64,000 bases of DNA from Salibacteraceae bacterium. Its GTDB lineage: Bacteria; Bacteroidota; Bacteroidia; Flavobacteriales_G; Salibacteraceae. The notes below the pieces were generated by a model. The model made no database searches. It saw only the letters and a program-made list of their open reading frames with translations, and had not been told where the DNA came from. Position numbers and translations under genes: made by a program. Location: contig JAGYJZ010000008.1 of assembly GCA_018401875.1 (NCBI GenBank), forward strand, positions 67,090 through 131,089, given 5' to 3'. Positions 18,925 to 27,654 of the stretch are shown here, one piece after another (the first letter of the stretch is position 1; the number at the start of each line of letters is the position of its first letter).

Positions 18925-20337
18925 ATGCAAATAGAACAGATCTATACGGGATGTTTGGCCGAAGCGGCTTATTACATCGAATCGAATGGCGAAGCGGCTA
19001 TTGTAGATCCACTGAGAGAAGTGGAGCCTTACATTGAAATGGCAGAAAAGCGCGGAGCCAAAATCAAATACGTTCTCGAAACGCACTTTCATGCTGATTT
19101 TGTTTCCGGTCATTTGGACCTCGCGAAGAAGACCGGAGCCAAAATTGTGTATGGACCAACAGCCGTTGCGAATTTCGATGCTTACGTAGCTGAAGATGGC
19201 GAAGAGCTTGCGCTCGGAAACATTAAAATCAAAGTCTTACACACGCCCGGCCACACGATGGAGTCGTCCACGTTTTTAGTGCTGGATGAAAACAACAAAC
19301 CACACAGTATTTACTCGGGCGACACGCTTTTTATTGGTGACGTTGGTCGACCTGACTTGGCCGTAAAAACTGACTTGACCCAAGAAGATTTGGCTGGACA
19401 CTTGTTCGAATCGTTGCGCAACAAGATTATGCCCTTGCCGAATGACGTAATCGTATATCCAGGTCATGGACAAGGCAGCGCGTGCGGTAAAAACATGAGC
19501 AGCGAAACCTTTGATACGCTCGGAAACCAAAAAGCTACAAACTATGCGTTGAGGCCCGATATGACCAAAGAAGAATTCATCAAAGAGGTGACTACAGGTT
19601 TAGTTGCTCCACCACAGTATTTTCCAAAAAATGCCGTGATGAACAAGATGGGTTACAGCAGCTTTGACGATGTCATGAGCCAAGGACTCAACTACCTTGA
19701 CGTGGCAGATTTCAAAGCCCAAATGAAAAAAGAAGGCACCGTGATCATTGACACGCGGCACCACTCTCAATTTACAGCAGGATTCATTCCTCAATCCATA
19801 TTCATTGGCATCGATGACAATTTCGCGCCATGGATGGGTGTGTTGATCGAAGATTTAGAAGCACCCATTTTGATGATTGCCGATGAAGGACGCGAAGAAG
19901 AAGTGATTACACGTATGGCACGCGTTGGCTACGACAATCCCGTTGGATTCTTAAAAGGTGGCATCGAAGCTTGGGTGGCTGATGGCAATGCGTTGGATAG
20001 CATTAACAACTACGATCCAGCGGCATTCATTGAGGCATACAAAACACAAAATTTAGAAGTATTGGACGTAAGAAAGCAAAGCGAGTTTGAATCACAGCAT
20101 TTAGAAGGTGCAGAGAATTTTCCGCTCGACTTTATCTACAAAAACTTAAGTCAACTAAATAAAGACCAGGCATATACCGTGCATTGTGCGGGCGGATACC
20201 GGTCTGTGGCTGCTGCTTCCATCATGAAAAAATATGGTGTTAAGGATGTGTCGAACGTGTTGGGAGGATTCAATGCAATGAAGGTTTTAGACAACGCACC
20301 AGTGAGTGCATTTCAAGAGCAAACAACCATGTTATAA
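18925..20337 (+). CDS. MBL-fold persulfide dioxygenase fused to two rhodanese domains (CstB-like)
   Basis: ETHFHADFVSG, HTPGHT, GDTLFIGDVGRPDL, GSACGK, C-terminal HCAGGYRS. Confidence 0.9.
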   Translation: MQIEQIYTGCLAEAAYYIESNGEAAIVDPLREVEPYIEMAEKRGAKIKYVLETHFHADFVSGHLDLAKKTGAKIVYGPTAVANFDAYVAEDGEELALGNIKIKVLHTPGHTMESSTFLVLDENNKPHSIYSGDTLFIGDVGRPDLAVKTDLTQEDLAGHLFESLRNKIMPLPNDVIVYPGHGQGSACGKNMSSETFDTLGNQKATNYALRPDMTKEEFIKEVTTGLVAPPQYFPKNAVMNKMGYSSFDDVMSQGLNYLDVADFKAQMKKEGTVIIDTRHHSQFTAGFIPQSIFIGIDDNFAPWMGVLIEDLEAPILMIADEGREEEVITRMARVGYDNPVGFLKGGIEAWVADGNALDSINNYDPAAFIEAYKTQNLEVLDVRKQSEFESQHLEGAENFPLDFIYKNLSQLNKDQAYTVHCAGGYRSVAAASIMKKYGVKDVSNVLGGFNAMKVLDNAPVSAFQEQTTML

Positions 20338-20395
20338 CCATTGGTGGTTTAAGGTTTGATTGGTGTAGACTCCGCTTGGTAGGCGGAGTGGTTGG

Positions 20396-20428
20396 AACCG
20401 AGGCGATCATATCGTCTCGGTTTTTTTT
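20396..20428 (+). terminator. Intrinsic terminator
   Basis: AACCGAGGCGAT-cat-ATCGTCTCGGTT plus T-run. Confidence 0.85.
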
Positions 20429-20517
20429 ATTTAAGACAAGATCAGCCCAGAAATACCAAACCGATGAGCAAGGTTAGAATTGTAGCAGCAACTTGATAAA
20501 AATTAAGTCTCTTAACT

Positions 20518-21426
20518 TCAGTTCTTGACAATTCTTACCACATGTGCCTTTCCTGTATGATTGAGATGAAGAAAGTAAATCCCCTGGCTCAAATGAGAGA
20601 CATCAAAAAAACCAGCTGCGGGCGAATCCAGTTGTATTGACTTGCCGTGAACATCTAACAGTTTATCAATTTGAATCGCAGTATTCTGAGCAAAGTTTAG
20701 CTGAAACTTGTCTTCAATAGGGTTAGGGAAAATGATCAATTCTGGTCTATTTGAGGTCATCTCTTCAACTTGAAGTGGATAAACAAAAATTGATTCGTTT
20801 GAAACAGTGGGCATGAAGCAATTCATTGAATCATAGACTACAACAGCATAACTTGACTTGGTAGAGCCGTATTGACAAAAAATACGAGGCTTAGCGCTAC
20901 TTGCAGGATCAATAAAATCAGTGCTATCTGTCCACTGCCACTTCACCAAGGGGTAGCTCGAAGATGCCACGGGAGTGATTTTAATGGTATCTCCATGTTC
21001 AGCGTAAACGTGGACACTTCCCAGATGTATAAAAAATGTGGAATGTGTAAACTTCATAGAATCCATGGCCACCATTCCGTTGCTATCGGTCACCTCAAGA
21101 TACAATTTCACACTACCGTTCAGCTCATTTGATTCAATCGCACTTACAATGAAAGGATTGGCAGACGCGGTGTCATCCAATATATCACCGGCCCAATAGT
21201 TATGGATTACAGATACCACAGGTTCATTTATAAACCATCTATATGTATAAGGAGGAGTGCCACCTGTAACAGTGGGCAAACCTCCGACCGAAAGATAAAC
21301 GGAGTCATAGGTCACGCCATATGGACAAAAATGTTTGTCTTCGCCAGCATCAACATGCAGAGGCCCTTGTGCCCAAGAAAATGTATTGAAGAACAATACT
21401 CCAGCGATGAAAAGCAATTTCTTCAT
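20518..21426 (-). CDS. T9SS type-A sorting domain secreted protein
   Basis: Signal peptide ending WAQ; DAGED, GGTPPYTYRW; CTD IFPNPIED...DVSHLSQGIYFL...IVK. Confidence 0.82.
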   Translation of the reverse strand: MKKLLFIAGVLFFNTFSWAQGPLHVDAGEDKHFCPYGVTYDSVYLSVGGLPTVTGGTPPYTYRWFINEPVVSVIHNYWAGDILDDTASANPFIVSAIESNELNGSVKLYLEVTDSNGMVAMDSMKFTHSTFFIHLGSVHVYAEHGDTIKITPVASSSYPLVKWQWTDSTDFIDPASSAKPRIFCQYGSTKSSYAVVVYDSMNCFMPTVSNESIFVYPLQVEEMTSNRPELIIFPNPIEDKFQLNFAQNTAIQIDKLLDVHGKSIQLDSPAAGFFDVSHLSQGIYFLHLNHTGKAHVVRIVKN

Positions 21427-21586
21427 AGAATTTCGGCTTTAGTTTTTTCGGTGATAATCCACGCACAAGATAATATATAATAACGACAACCTCCTTACTC
21501 ATAACAGATTGACATTCCTACAAAACAATTTATAGCTGAATGTGATATCATCTTCTACGAAAAAAATCTCAACTAAATTTAACATA

Positions 21587-21602
21587 GTAACTTTTAAGTT
21601 AC
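21587..21602. promoter_or_regulatory. Palindrome GTAAC-TTTTAA-GTTAC, putative TA operator
   Basis: Inverted repeat 9 nt upstream of the toxin start. Confidence 0.55.
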
Positions 21603-21611
21603 CTTTACAGA

Positions 21612-21959
21612 GTGGTACTCAAAGTCAGAACTGTAATTGCTTACAAACACTACTTTGAAGAATTTTTACTTGCTCAACCTAATAAGGTGCAGGACAAAAT
21701 TTTCAAAGTGATTGAAATTATAGAAACGTATGAAAGAATCCCTAGCACGTATCTCAAGTCTATAAAAGGAGCTGATGGACTTTATGAAGCACGAATAAAA
21801 CTGGGATCAGATATTTGGAGGGTTTTCTGCTTTTTTCATAGAGGGAAGTTAGTGATTTTGTTGAACGGATTTGTAAAGAAATCACAGAAAACTCCTAAAA
21901 AAGAAATAGACAAAGCACTTAGGTTAATGACTGAATATTATGCCACTAAAAACGAGTGA
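21612..21959 (+). CDS. Type II toxin, RelE/ParE (HigB/Gp49-like) family
   Basis: GLYEARIKLGSDIWRVFCFF, LLNGFVKKSQKTPKKEIDKA; toxin-first order. Confidence 0.9.
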   Translation: MVLKVRTVIAYKHYFEEFLLAQPNKVQDKIFKVIEIIETYERIPSTYLKSIKGADGLYEARIKLGSDIWRVFCFFHRGKLVILLNGFVKKSQKTPKKEIDKALRLMTEYYATKNE

Positions 21960-21960
21960 G

Positions 21961-22251
21961 ATGGACACAAAAACATGGACGGAAATAAAAGACACTGTTT
22001 ACGGTAAAAAAGGAACCACACGAAGAGACGAGCTTGAACTTGACTTTGAATCGTTTAAGATAGGTCTGTTATTGCGAAAAGCCCGAGAAGATAAAAACTT
22101 GACACAAGAACAACTCGGAATGCTCGTCAATAAGAAAAGAACCTACATCTCAAGGATTGAAAATGATGGGAGCAACATGACCTTAAAAACTCTATACGAC
22201 ATTGTGGAAAAAGGTCTTGGTGGGAAAGTTAAAATATTGATTGAAGTGTAA
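21961..22251 (+). CDS. XRE-family HTH antitoxin (HigA-like)
   Basis: LRKAREDKNLTQEQLG...YISRIEN; ATG 1 nt after the toxin stop. Confidence 0.88.
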   Translation: MDTKTWTEIKDTVYGKKGTTRRDELELDFESFKIGLLLRKAREDKNLTQEQLGMLVNKKRTYISRIENDGSNMTLKTLYDIVEKGLGGKVKILIEV

Positions 22252-22326
22252 AAGTATTTGACCACGTTTAGTCATTTAATTTTAAGAGTACTCCTTTGAA
22301 AAGTAAATGCCGTATTAATTAACAAA

Positions 22327-23256
22327 TCATCGAAGGATCTGAAACTTAAACGCTTCTTTTTCGCCAGAAACATATTTTACGCGTGCCACAAAAAAACCAT
22401 GCTCCTTTATCTCAATTTCACATGACGATGAGTTGACTGCTAACCTTTCCCGCAGCATCCTTCCGTGCATGTCAAAAATCCTAGTTGATTCAATGTTCTC
22501 TCTTCCTGTAATAGAAAGAGTGCTTCCATTGATGGCCCATGTTGATTTTTCTTTTCCATAACGATCCATCACACTTAACGGCTCGATAATAAACCCTTCA
22601 TAGGTGCCGATAGATCCAGTGCATCCAAGAGAATCAGTAACGGCTAACCCATTCCAATACGGTGATGGTCCGTCTTGCACAATCACTTGCCTCGATGGAA
22701 GATAAACCTCAGGGTAGACATTATAATCATAACGCTCTCCGATCAAGTTTGGAGAATCGCCCCAGTCGAATGTGTATGGTGGAAACCCTCCTGCAAATCC
22801 TTGTGGTGATATTGTTTGGGTATCGCCCGGATACGTATAAATCATCGCATTGCCATCCAACGTTGTCCAACTCACATACCAAAACTGAACTGAATCTATG
22901 GCAAGTCCATTAGAGTCATCGCTTAGAGTTAATATAAAGATAATCGGCCCTCTTTCATTTGAAGGGAGAGTTCTGATTAAAAAAGGATTTGAATCTGTTG
23001 AATCAGATAAAAAATCTGAGGCATAATACATCAAATTAGGTGCACTTGGAAATGGCACATATGGTTTTGGATAAATATCCCACGTATATATGAAGTTGCC
23101 ATTTCCTCCGATAGCAGAAGGAGAGCCACCAATGATGAATGAATCAGGCACCACTGAGCAGAAAATACTGTCGTTTCCTGCATCTGCCACCAATGGCTCT
23201 TGTGCCCAAGAAACCACACATATCGATATAAACGCACTAAATAGCAGTTTTTTCAT
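22327..23256 (-). CDS. Secreted protein with probable T9SS type-A CTD; paralog of 20518..21426
   Basis: MKKLLF...WAQEPLVADAGND..FC N-terminus shared with the paralog; GGFPPYTFDW; IFDMHGR in the C-terminal domain. Confidence 0.72.
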   Translation of the reverse strand: MKKLLFSAFISICVVSWAQEPLVADAGNDSIFCSVVPDSFIIGGSPSAIGGNGNFIYTWDIYPKPYVPFPSAPNLMYYASDFLSDSTDSNPFLIRTLPSNERGPIIFILTLSDDSNGLAIDSVQFWYVSWTTLDGNAMIYTYPGDTQTISPQGFAGGFPPYTFDWGDSPNLIGERYDYNVYPEVYLPSRQVIVQDGPSPYWNGLAVTDSLGCTGSIGTYEGFIIEPLSVMDRYGKEKSTWAINGSTLSITGRENIESTRIFDMHGRMLRERLAVNSSSCEIEIKEHGFFVARVKYVSGEKEAFKFQILR

Positions 23257-23344
23257 TGAATCCGAAGTCAGGTAATGTGTATGCTTTCCAAATTTAATGA
23301 TTCATTCGGCTGAAAACTACTTTTCACCCCGAATGACCATTCTC

Positions 23345-23360
23345 TGTGACAAGAGTTACT
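23345..23360. promoter_or_regulatory. Crp/Fnr-like box 3 (TGTGACAAGAGTTACT)
   Basis: 21 nt upstream of TTCCTTTG (23382-23389). Confidence 0.7.
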
Positions 23361-23410
23361 GCGCTGCCGAATCCACATGCCTTCCTTTGTACCAGAAAAA
23401 AACAAAGCCA

Positions 23411-23725
23411 ATGGAAACCACAGAAAAGAGAGAAACATTCAGCGAAATCGTCAATTCGGGCAAAACCGTGTTGGTCGATTTCTTTGCCGAATGGTGTGGG
23501 CCATGCAAAATGATGTAGCCCATACTCAAAGAGTTGAGCTCCATGATCGGTGACGATGTGCGCATCATAAAAATTGACGTTGACAAAAACCCTATGGCAT
23601 CAAGTACGTTTCAAATACGTGGCGTGCCCACACTCATGATCTTTAAAAATGGAGAAATCAAATGGAGGCAATCGGGCGTGTTGCGAGCCGACCAACTGAA
23701 GCAAATCTTAGATGGCATAGCATAA
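23411..23725 (+). pseudogene. trxA: Thioredoxin with in-frame TAG at 23516-23518
   Basis: [22 protein letters not shown]...KIDVDKN...GVPTL continues in one frame to TAA at 23725. Confidence 0.85.
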
Positions 23726-23955
23726 TGACAACAGCTTTCACATACATTGAATCCAACTTAAAAATCTGGATACTCGCTTCTTTATCGCTCGGATTGGCGC
23801 CATTTTATCCCGAACCACACATTTGGGGAAAGCTAAAATGGTTGGCCGGTGGCGCGGTGGGCATGGGACCGATGGATTGGTTTGACGTAGCACTGCACGG
23901 CACACCTTGGCTGCTCTTAATTCTATCTTTGATTCTCAAATTAAAAAACAAATAA
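23725..23955 (+). CDS. Small membrane protein (LGLAPF.PEPH...DWFD..LHG)
   Basis: TAATG overlap with the trx stop; two hydrophobic segments. Confidence 0.78.
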   Translation: MTTAFTYIESNLKIWILASLSLGLAPFYPEPHIWGKLKWLAGGAVGMGPMDWFDVALHGTPWLLLILSLILKLKNK

Positions 23956-23956
23956 C

Positions 23957-24331
23957 ATGAAATACCTTTTATCGCTAAGCCTTGCATTGACCTTACTATC
24001 ATGCGGAGCTCAAAACCAACAAAATGCTGACGGTTCTTTTGTAGACGTGAGCAACGAACAAGCCAAAGAATTAATGGCAACAAGTGATGATTTACAAATC
24101 ATTGATGTGCGCACCGATGGCGAAGTTGCGCAAGGAATCATTGAAGGCGCAGTTCAAATCGACATTTCAAAACCAAGCTTCGAAAGTGCCCTTGAAAAGT
24201 TAGACAAGAGCAAGCCTGTTTTAGTCTACTGCGCTGCGGGCGGACGCAGTAAACAAGCTCAAAACATTATGAAGGAAAAAGGGTTTCAAAATATAGCCAA
24301 TCTAAAACACGGTTACAACGGTTGGAAATAA
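23957..24331 (+). CDS. Rhodanese-domain lipoprotein
   Basis: Lipobox LLSC; IIDVRT; active-site YCAAGGRS. Confidence 0.9.
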   Translation: MKYLLSLSLALTLLSCGAQNQQNADGSFVDVSNEQAKELMATSDDLQIIDVRTDGEVAQGIIEGAVQIDISKPSFESALEKLDKSKPVLVYCAAGGRSKQAQNIMKEKGFQNIANLKHGYNGWK

Positions 24332-24347
24332 CTAGCACACAATTTCG

Positions 24348-25232
24348 ATGGAGAAGTACATAGCCGTTTTCTTACAGTCCTTTTCAGATTTCGCGGGATA
24401 CACATGGCGTGAAATCACGTTTCAGGTTGACCCTTGGTACGTCAATTATTTTTGGTGGCTCGTGCTGCTTTCGCTGGTGGTGTGGGCGCTTGAAGCTGCA
24501 TTTCCCTGGCGAAAAAACCAAGCCATTATTCGCAAAGACTTTTGGTTGGATACGTTCTATATGTTCTTCAACTTCTACCTCTTCAAGATCATCATCTTCA
24601 TGGCGTTTTCTAACGTCAGCGAGATGTTTTTCAAAAACATATTGGGTGGCGATTTGAGCAGGTTCATCTTGCTCGACACATCGGGCATGAATTGGTGGCT
24701 GCAATTGCTGATATTTTTTGTAGCTACCGACTTTATTCAGTGGTTTACCCATGTGATGCTGCATCGCTTTGACGTGCTTTGGAAATTTCACAAAGTGCAT
24801 CACTCTGTTGAAGAAATGGGATTTGCCGCACACTTACGCTACCACTGGATGGAAAATGTATTCTACACTCCGATGAAATACATCGCAGTGATGCTCATCG
24901 GTGGGTTTACACCCGAGCAGGCTTACATTGTTTTCTACTTTGCCATTGCTATCGGTCACCTCAACCACGCCAATATTCACCTCACCTATGGTCCGCTGAA
25001 ATACATCTTCAATAATCCAGTGATGCACCTCTGGCACCACGCCTACACCCTACCCGAAAACCGAAGGTATGGAGTCAATTACGGCATTACGTTGAGCGTT
25101 TGGGACTACATCTTTCGCACGGCAAGCATTCCGAAAGTCGATGGCGAAATCAAATTGGGTTATGCTGATATGGAAAAGCTCCCACGAAGCTTTTGGGGCC
25201 AGTTGATCTACGGGTTCAAAAAAGGGGATTAA
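24348..25232 (+). CDS. Sterol desaturase / fatty acid hydroxylase family membrane protein
   Basis: His boxes HVMLH, HKVHH, HLNHAN, HLWHH; NYG..LSVWDYIF. Confidence 0.88.
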   Translation: MEKYIAVFLQSFSDFAGYTWREITFQVDPWYVNYFWWLVLLSLVVWALEAAFPWRKNQAIIRKDFWLDTFYMFFNFYLFKIIIFMAFSNVSEMFFKNILGGDLSRFILLDTSGMNWWLQLLIFFVATDFIQWFTHVMLHRFDVLWKFHKVHHSVEEMGFAAHLRYHWMENVFYTPMKYIAVMLIGGFTPEQAYIVFYFAIAIGHLNHANIHLTYGPLKYIFNNPVMHLWHHAYTLPENRRYGVNYGITLSVWDYIFRTASIPKVDGEIKLGYADMEKLPRSFWGQLIYGFKKGD

Positions 25233-25335
25233 TCATAAAGGAAAACTTTTATTTGTCACGACTTCACTTAAAGTATAGTATTGAACTTGAATTCAAGTAA
25301 GACTGGCCTTGGAAATAATGAGTGTTCTGATTGAA

Positions 25336-25471
25336 GTGAAGACTTAGTGAGACCGGGAAGCTCTGCTGGAAGCGGAGATCACCCGGCCGAACTTAGTCTT
25401 CACAATAAGCAGGATGCTTATTTTTTCCACAGCCTTGATTTTTGCTCCACTTTTCATCAAGGAAAAGTGGA
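25336..25471. other. Structured intergenic element (long hairpin, short hairpin, possible pseudoknot)
   Basis: Pairings 25336-48/25391-403, 25353-57/25382-86, 25404-11/25415-22, and crossing helices 25433-39/25456-62 and 25446-55/25462-71. Confidence 0.6.
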
Positions 25472-25602
25472 ATAAGCTAAAAAAGAAGATATACTAACAT
25501 TGTTTACATCATTATTCGATGTGTGCTGCAGCTAAATCGATTACTCAATACTCGCGCATATCAATTGCGGAGCACTATATTTGATCGCATAGAAAAAAAA
25601 GT

Positions 25603-26274
25603 ATGGATTCAGAGATCAAAGACTTGCTTCACAAACAATTTCCAAGTTTTGATGAAGCCTTGGTAGAGCGATTGGCCGAAATTGGCACTATAAAATCGTT
25701 TGAGGAAGGAGAAGAAATGATGCGCACAGGTCAGTATTTCAGATCTACCATGCTCATCGTTGACGGATTGGTGAAACTCTACCGCGAAGGTGAAAATGGA
25801 GGCGAATTTTTTGTCTATTACATCGAACCAGGAAATGCCTGCGCGCTTTCGATGGTATGCGCTTCGCAACAAAAAACCTCAGAATTGATGGCCAAAGCCA
25901 TGACTGCCAGCAAGGCGATTATGGTGCCCATCGACAAGATGGATAATTTGATGCTCGACCATAAATCGTGGTATTATTTCGTACTCGAAACCTACCGCGC
26001 TCGATTCGAAGAAATGCTCACTGTGGTGGATGCCATCGCGTTTAAAGCCATGGACGAGCGTCTCGAATTCTACTTGATCAACCAAGCCCGCACGTTGGAA
26101 ACTACGATTATAAAAACCACGCACCAAGAAATAGCCAACGACCTCAACACTTCCCGCGAAGTGATTTCACGCCTCCTCAAAAAAATGGAGCAAAACGGCA
26201 TGATCTCTTTGCACCGGAATCAAATTGACATGGCTCCTTTGTTGAAAATGTGTAGTCATGCCCACAGCCTTTAA
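25603..26274 (+). CDS. Crp/Fnr family transcriptional regulator
   Basis: cNMP-binding-like domain plus HTH THQEIANDLNTSREVISRLLKKME. Confidence 0.92.
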   Translation: MDSEIKDLLHKQFPSFDEALVERLAEIGTIKSFEEGEEMMRTGQYFRSTMLIVDGLVKLYREGENGGEFFVYYIEPGNACALSMVCASQQKTSELMAKAMTASKAIMVPIDKMDNLMLDHKSWYYFVLETYRARFEEMLTVVDAIAFKAMDERLEFYLINQARTLETTIIKTTHQEIANDLNTSREVISRLLKKMEQNGMISLHRNQIDMAPLLKMCSHAHSL

Positions 26275-27016
26275 GGCATACCGCTCTTCGTTCGGCTTTT
26301 TGAAGCAACATCACTTGATGTGGTTTTTGTGGTTTCCGCTGATCATTACGTTCTTGGTCTTCTTTGGCGGATTCAGCCTAACATCGTGGGCTACTGAAAA
26401 CATATCTGGTCTTTTACGCGATGCCTTACAAAACATCACATGGCTGCCCGAATGGGCGGGATTTGTAAACGATTTGCTGTACTGGCTGCTGTGGATTATC
26501 CTCCGGGTCTTGCTGTATTTCACCTTTGCTTTTGTAGGTGGATCGGTCATACTCTTGCTCATGGCACCTGTTTTAACTTGGCTCAGCGAGCGCGTTGGCG
26601 AAGCACTGGGCAATAAAAGTGTCGCATTTAGCATCACCCAATTTACGCGCGACCTCACGCGAGCAGCCGCGCTAGCGCTGCGCAATGGCTTCTATCAAAT
26701 CGTGCTTTCGGTACTTTGTTTTGGAATCGGTTTTATACCGATTATAGGGGCTGCAGCACCCTTCATTCTCTTTGCAGTGAACGCCTATTTCTATGGCTAC
26801 AACTTTATGGACTACTCGCTCGAGCGAAAGCAGTTTTCTGCCCGAGAAAGCAATCGTTTTGTTTGGAAGAATAAATTCTCGTCACTGACCCTTGGCGCTC
26901 CATTTGCATTTTGGAATTTAATTCCATTCATTGGACCAATGACATCGGGATTTGTAGCCGTGTTTGCCACTGTGGCAGCAACCATCGAAGTTGAACGCAT
27001 CACTCAGAAACCATGA
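26258..27016 (+). CDS. EI24/CysZ domain membrane protein
   Basis: APVLTWLSERV, FIPIIG, YGYNFMDYSLER, LIPFIG. Confidence 0.8.
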   Translation: MPTAFKAYRSSFGFLKQHHLMWFLWFPLIITFLVFFGGFSLTSWATENISGLLRDALQNITWLPEWAGFVNDLLYWLLWIILRVLLYFTFAFVGGSVILLLMAPVLTWLSERVGEALGNKSVAFSITQFTRDLTRAAALALRNGFYQIVLSVLCFGIGFIPIIGAAAPFILFAVNAYFYGYNFMDYSLERKQFSARESNRFVWKNKFSSLTLGAPFAFWNLIPFIGPMTSGFVAVFATVAATIEVERITQKP

Positions 27017-27654
27017 TAAAAAACCCCGTTTACTTTCTAGTGGCGATAGTTTTCGTGTTGAGTTTTGATGCGTGCAAGCGCGATGATTCTAAGAAAACCC
27101 GAGAAATTATCACGCTCTTTCGCGAGGAGTTTGAAAAACCCAATACATGGATCAAATACAAATGGAACAGCTCTGAATTCGTGCAAGACACCGCGCAATC
27201 ACTTTACGTTAATGGTGCACTCGAATTGCGCGCTGACGGCAGCCATGGTTGTGATCAAGAAAAAGCTGAGCGAAACTTTCATGTAACTCCGAACATTCAA
27301 GAAGCGCTCAACACCAACGACACGATGTTTTTCAGTATGGTCAGTTCTTCGAGCATCGAAGCTTCTGGCCAACTGAGTGCTATTTTCCAGTTCAATAATT
27401 TCAACTTGCGGATCGAATTAGAGAATGAACCACGAAGAGAGCAGTTCGACATTCTGCTTGTAAATTGGGTGGTGAAGGAAGTAAAGCGCGACTCAGCGTT
27501 GATCAATAATTACAACATCACAGCATCAAAAGGGACTGTAAGTGGCAGCGGAGCCATTATCGTTGCAAATGCGTGTGCGGGCGACACCAATGCGCGAGCT
27601 GCGCTAGGAATTGAGCGTTTTTCGCTCAGTTACCCCAAGTCAACTATAGATTGA
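27013..27654 (+). CDS. Hypothetical lipoprotein
   Basis: Signal peptide ending DAC; ATGA overlap with the upstream gene. Confidence 0.65.
   Translation: MIKNPVYFLVAIVFVLSFDACKRDDSKKTREIITLFREEFEKPNTWIKYKWNSSEFVQDTAQSLYVNGALELRADGSHGCDQEKAERNFHVTPNIQEALNTNDTMFFSMVSSSSIEASGQLSAIFQFNNFNLRIELENEPRREQFDILLVNWVVKEVKRDSALINNYNITASKGTVSGSGAIIVANACAGDTNARAALGIERFSLSYPKSTID

Noticed and set aside
20430..23300. Integron cassette array or IS-bounded element
   Set aside because: No recognisable attC sites, integrase, transposase or terminal inverted repeats
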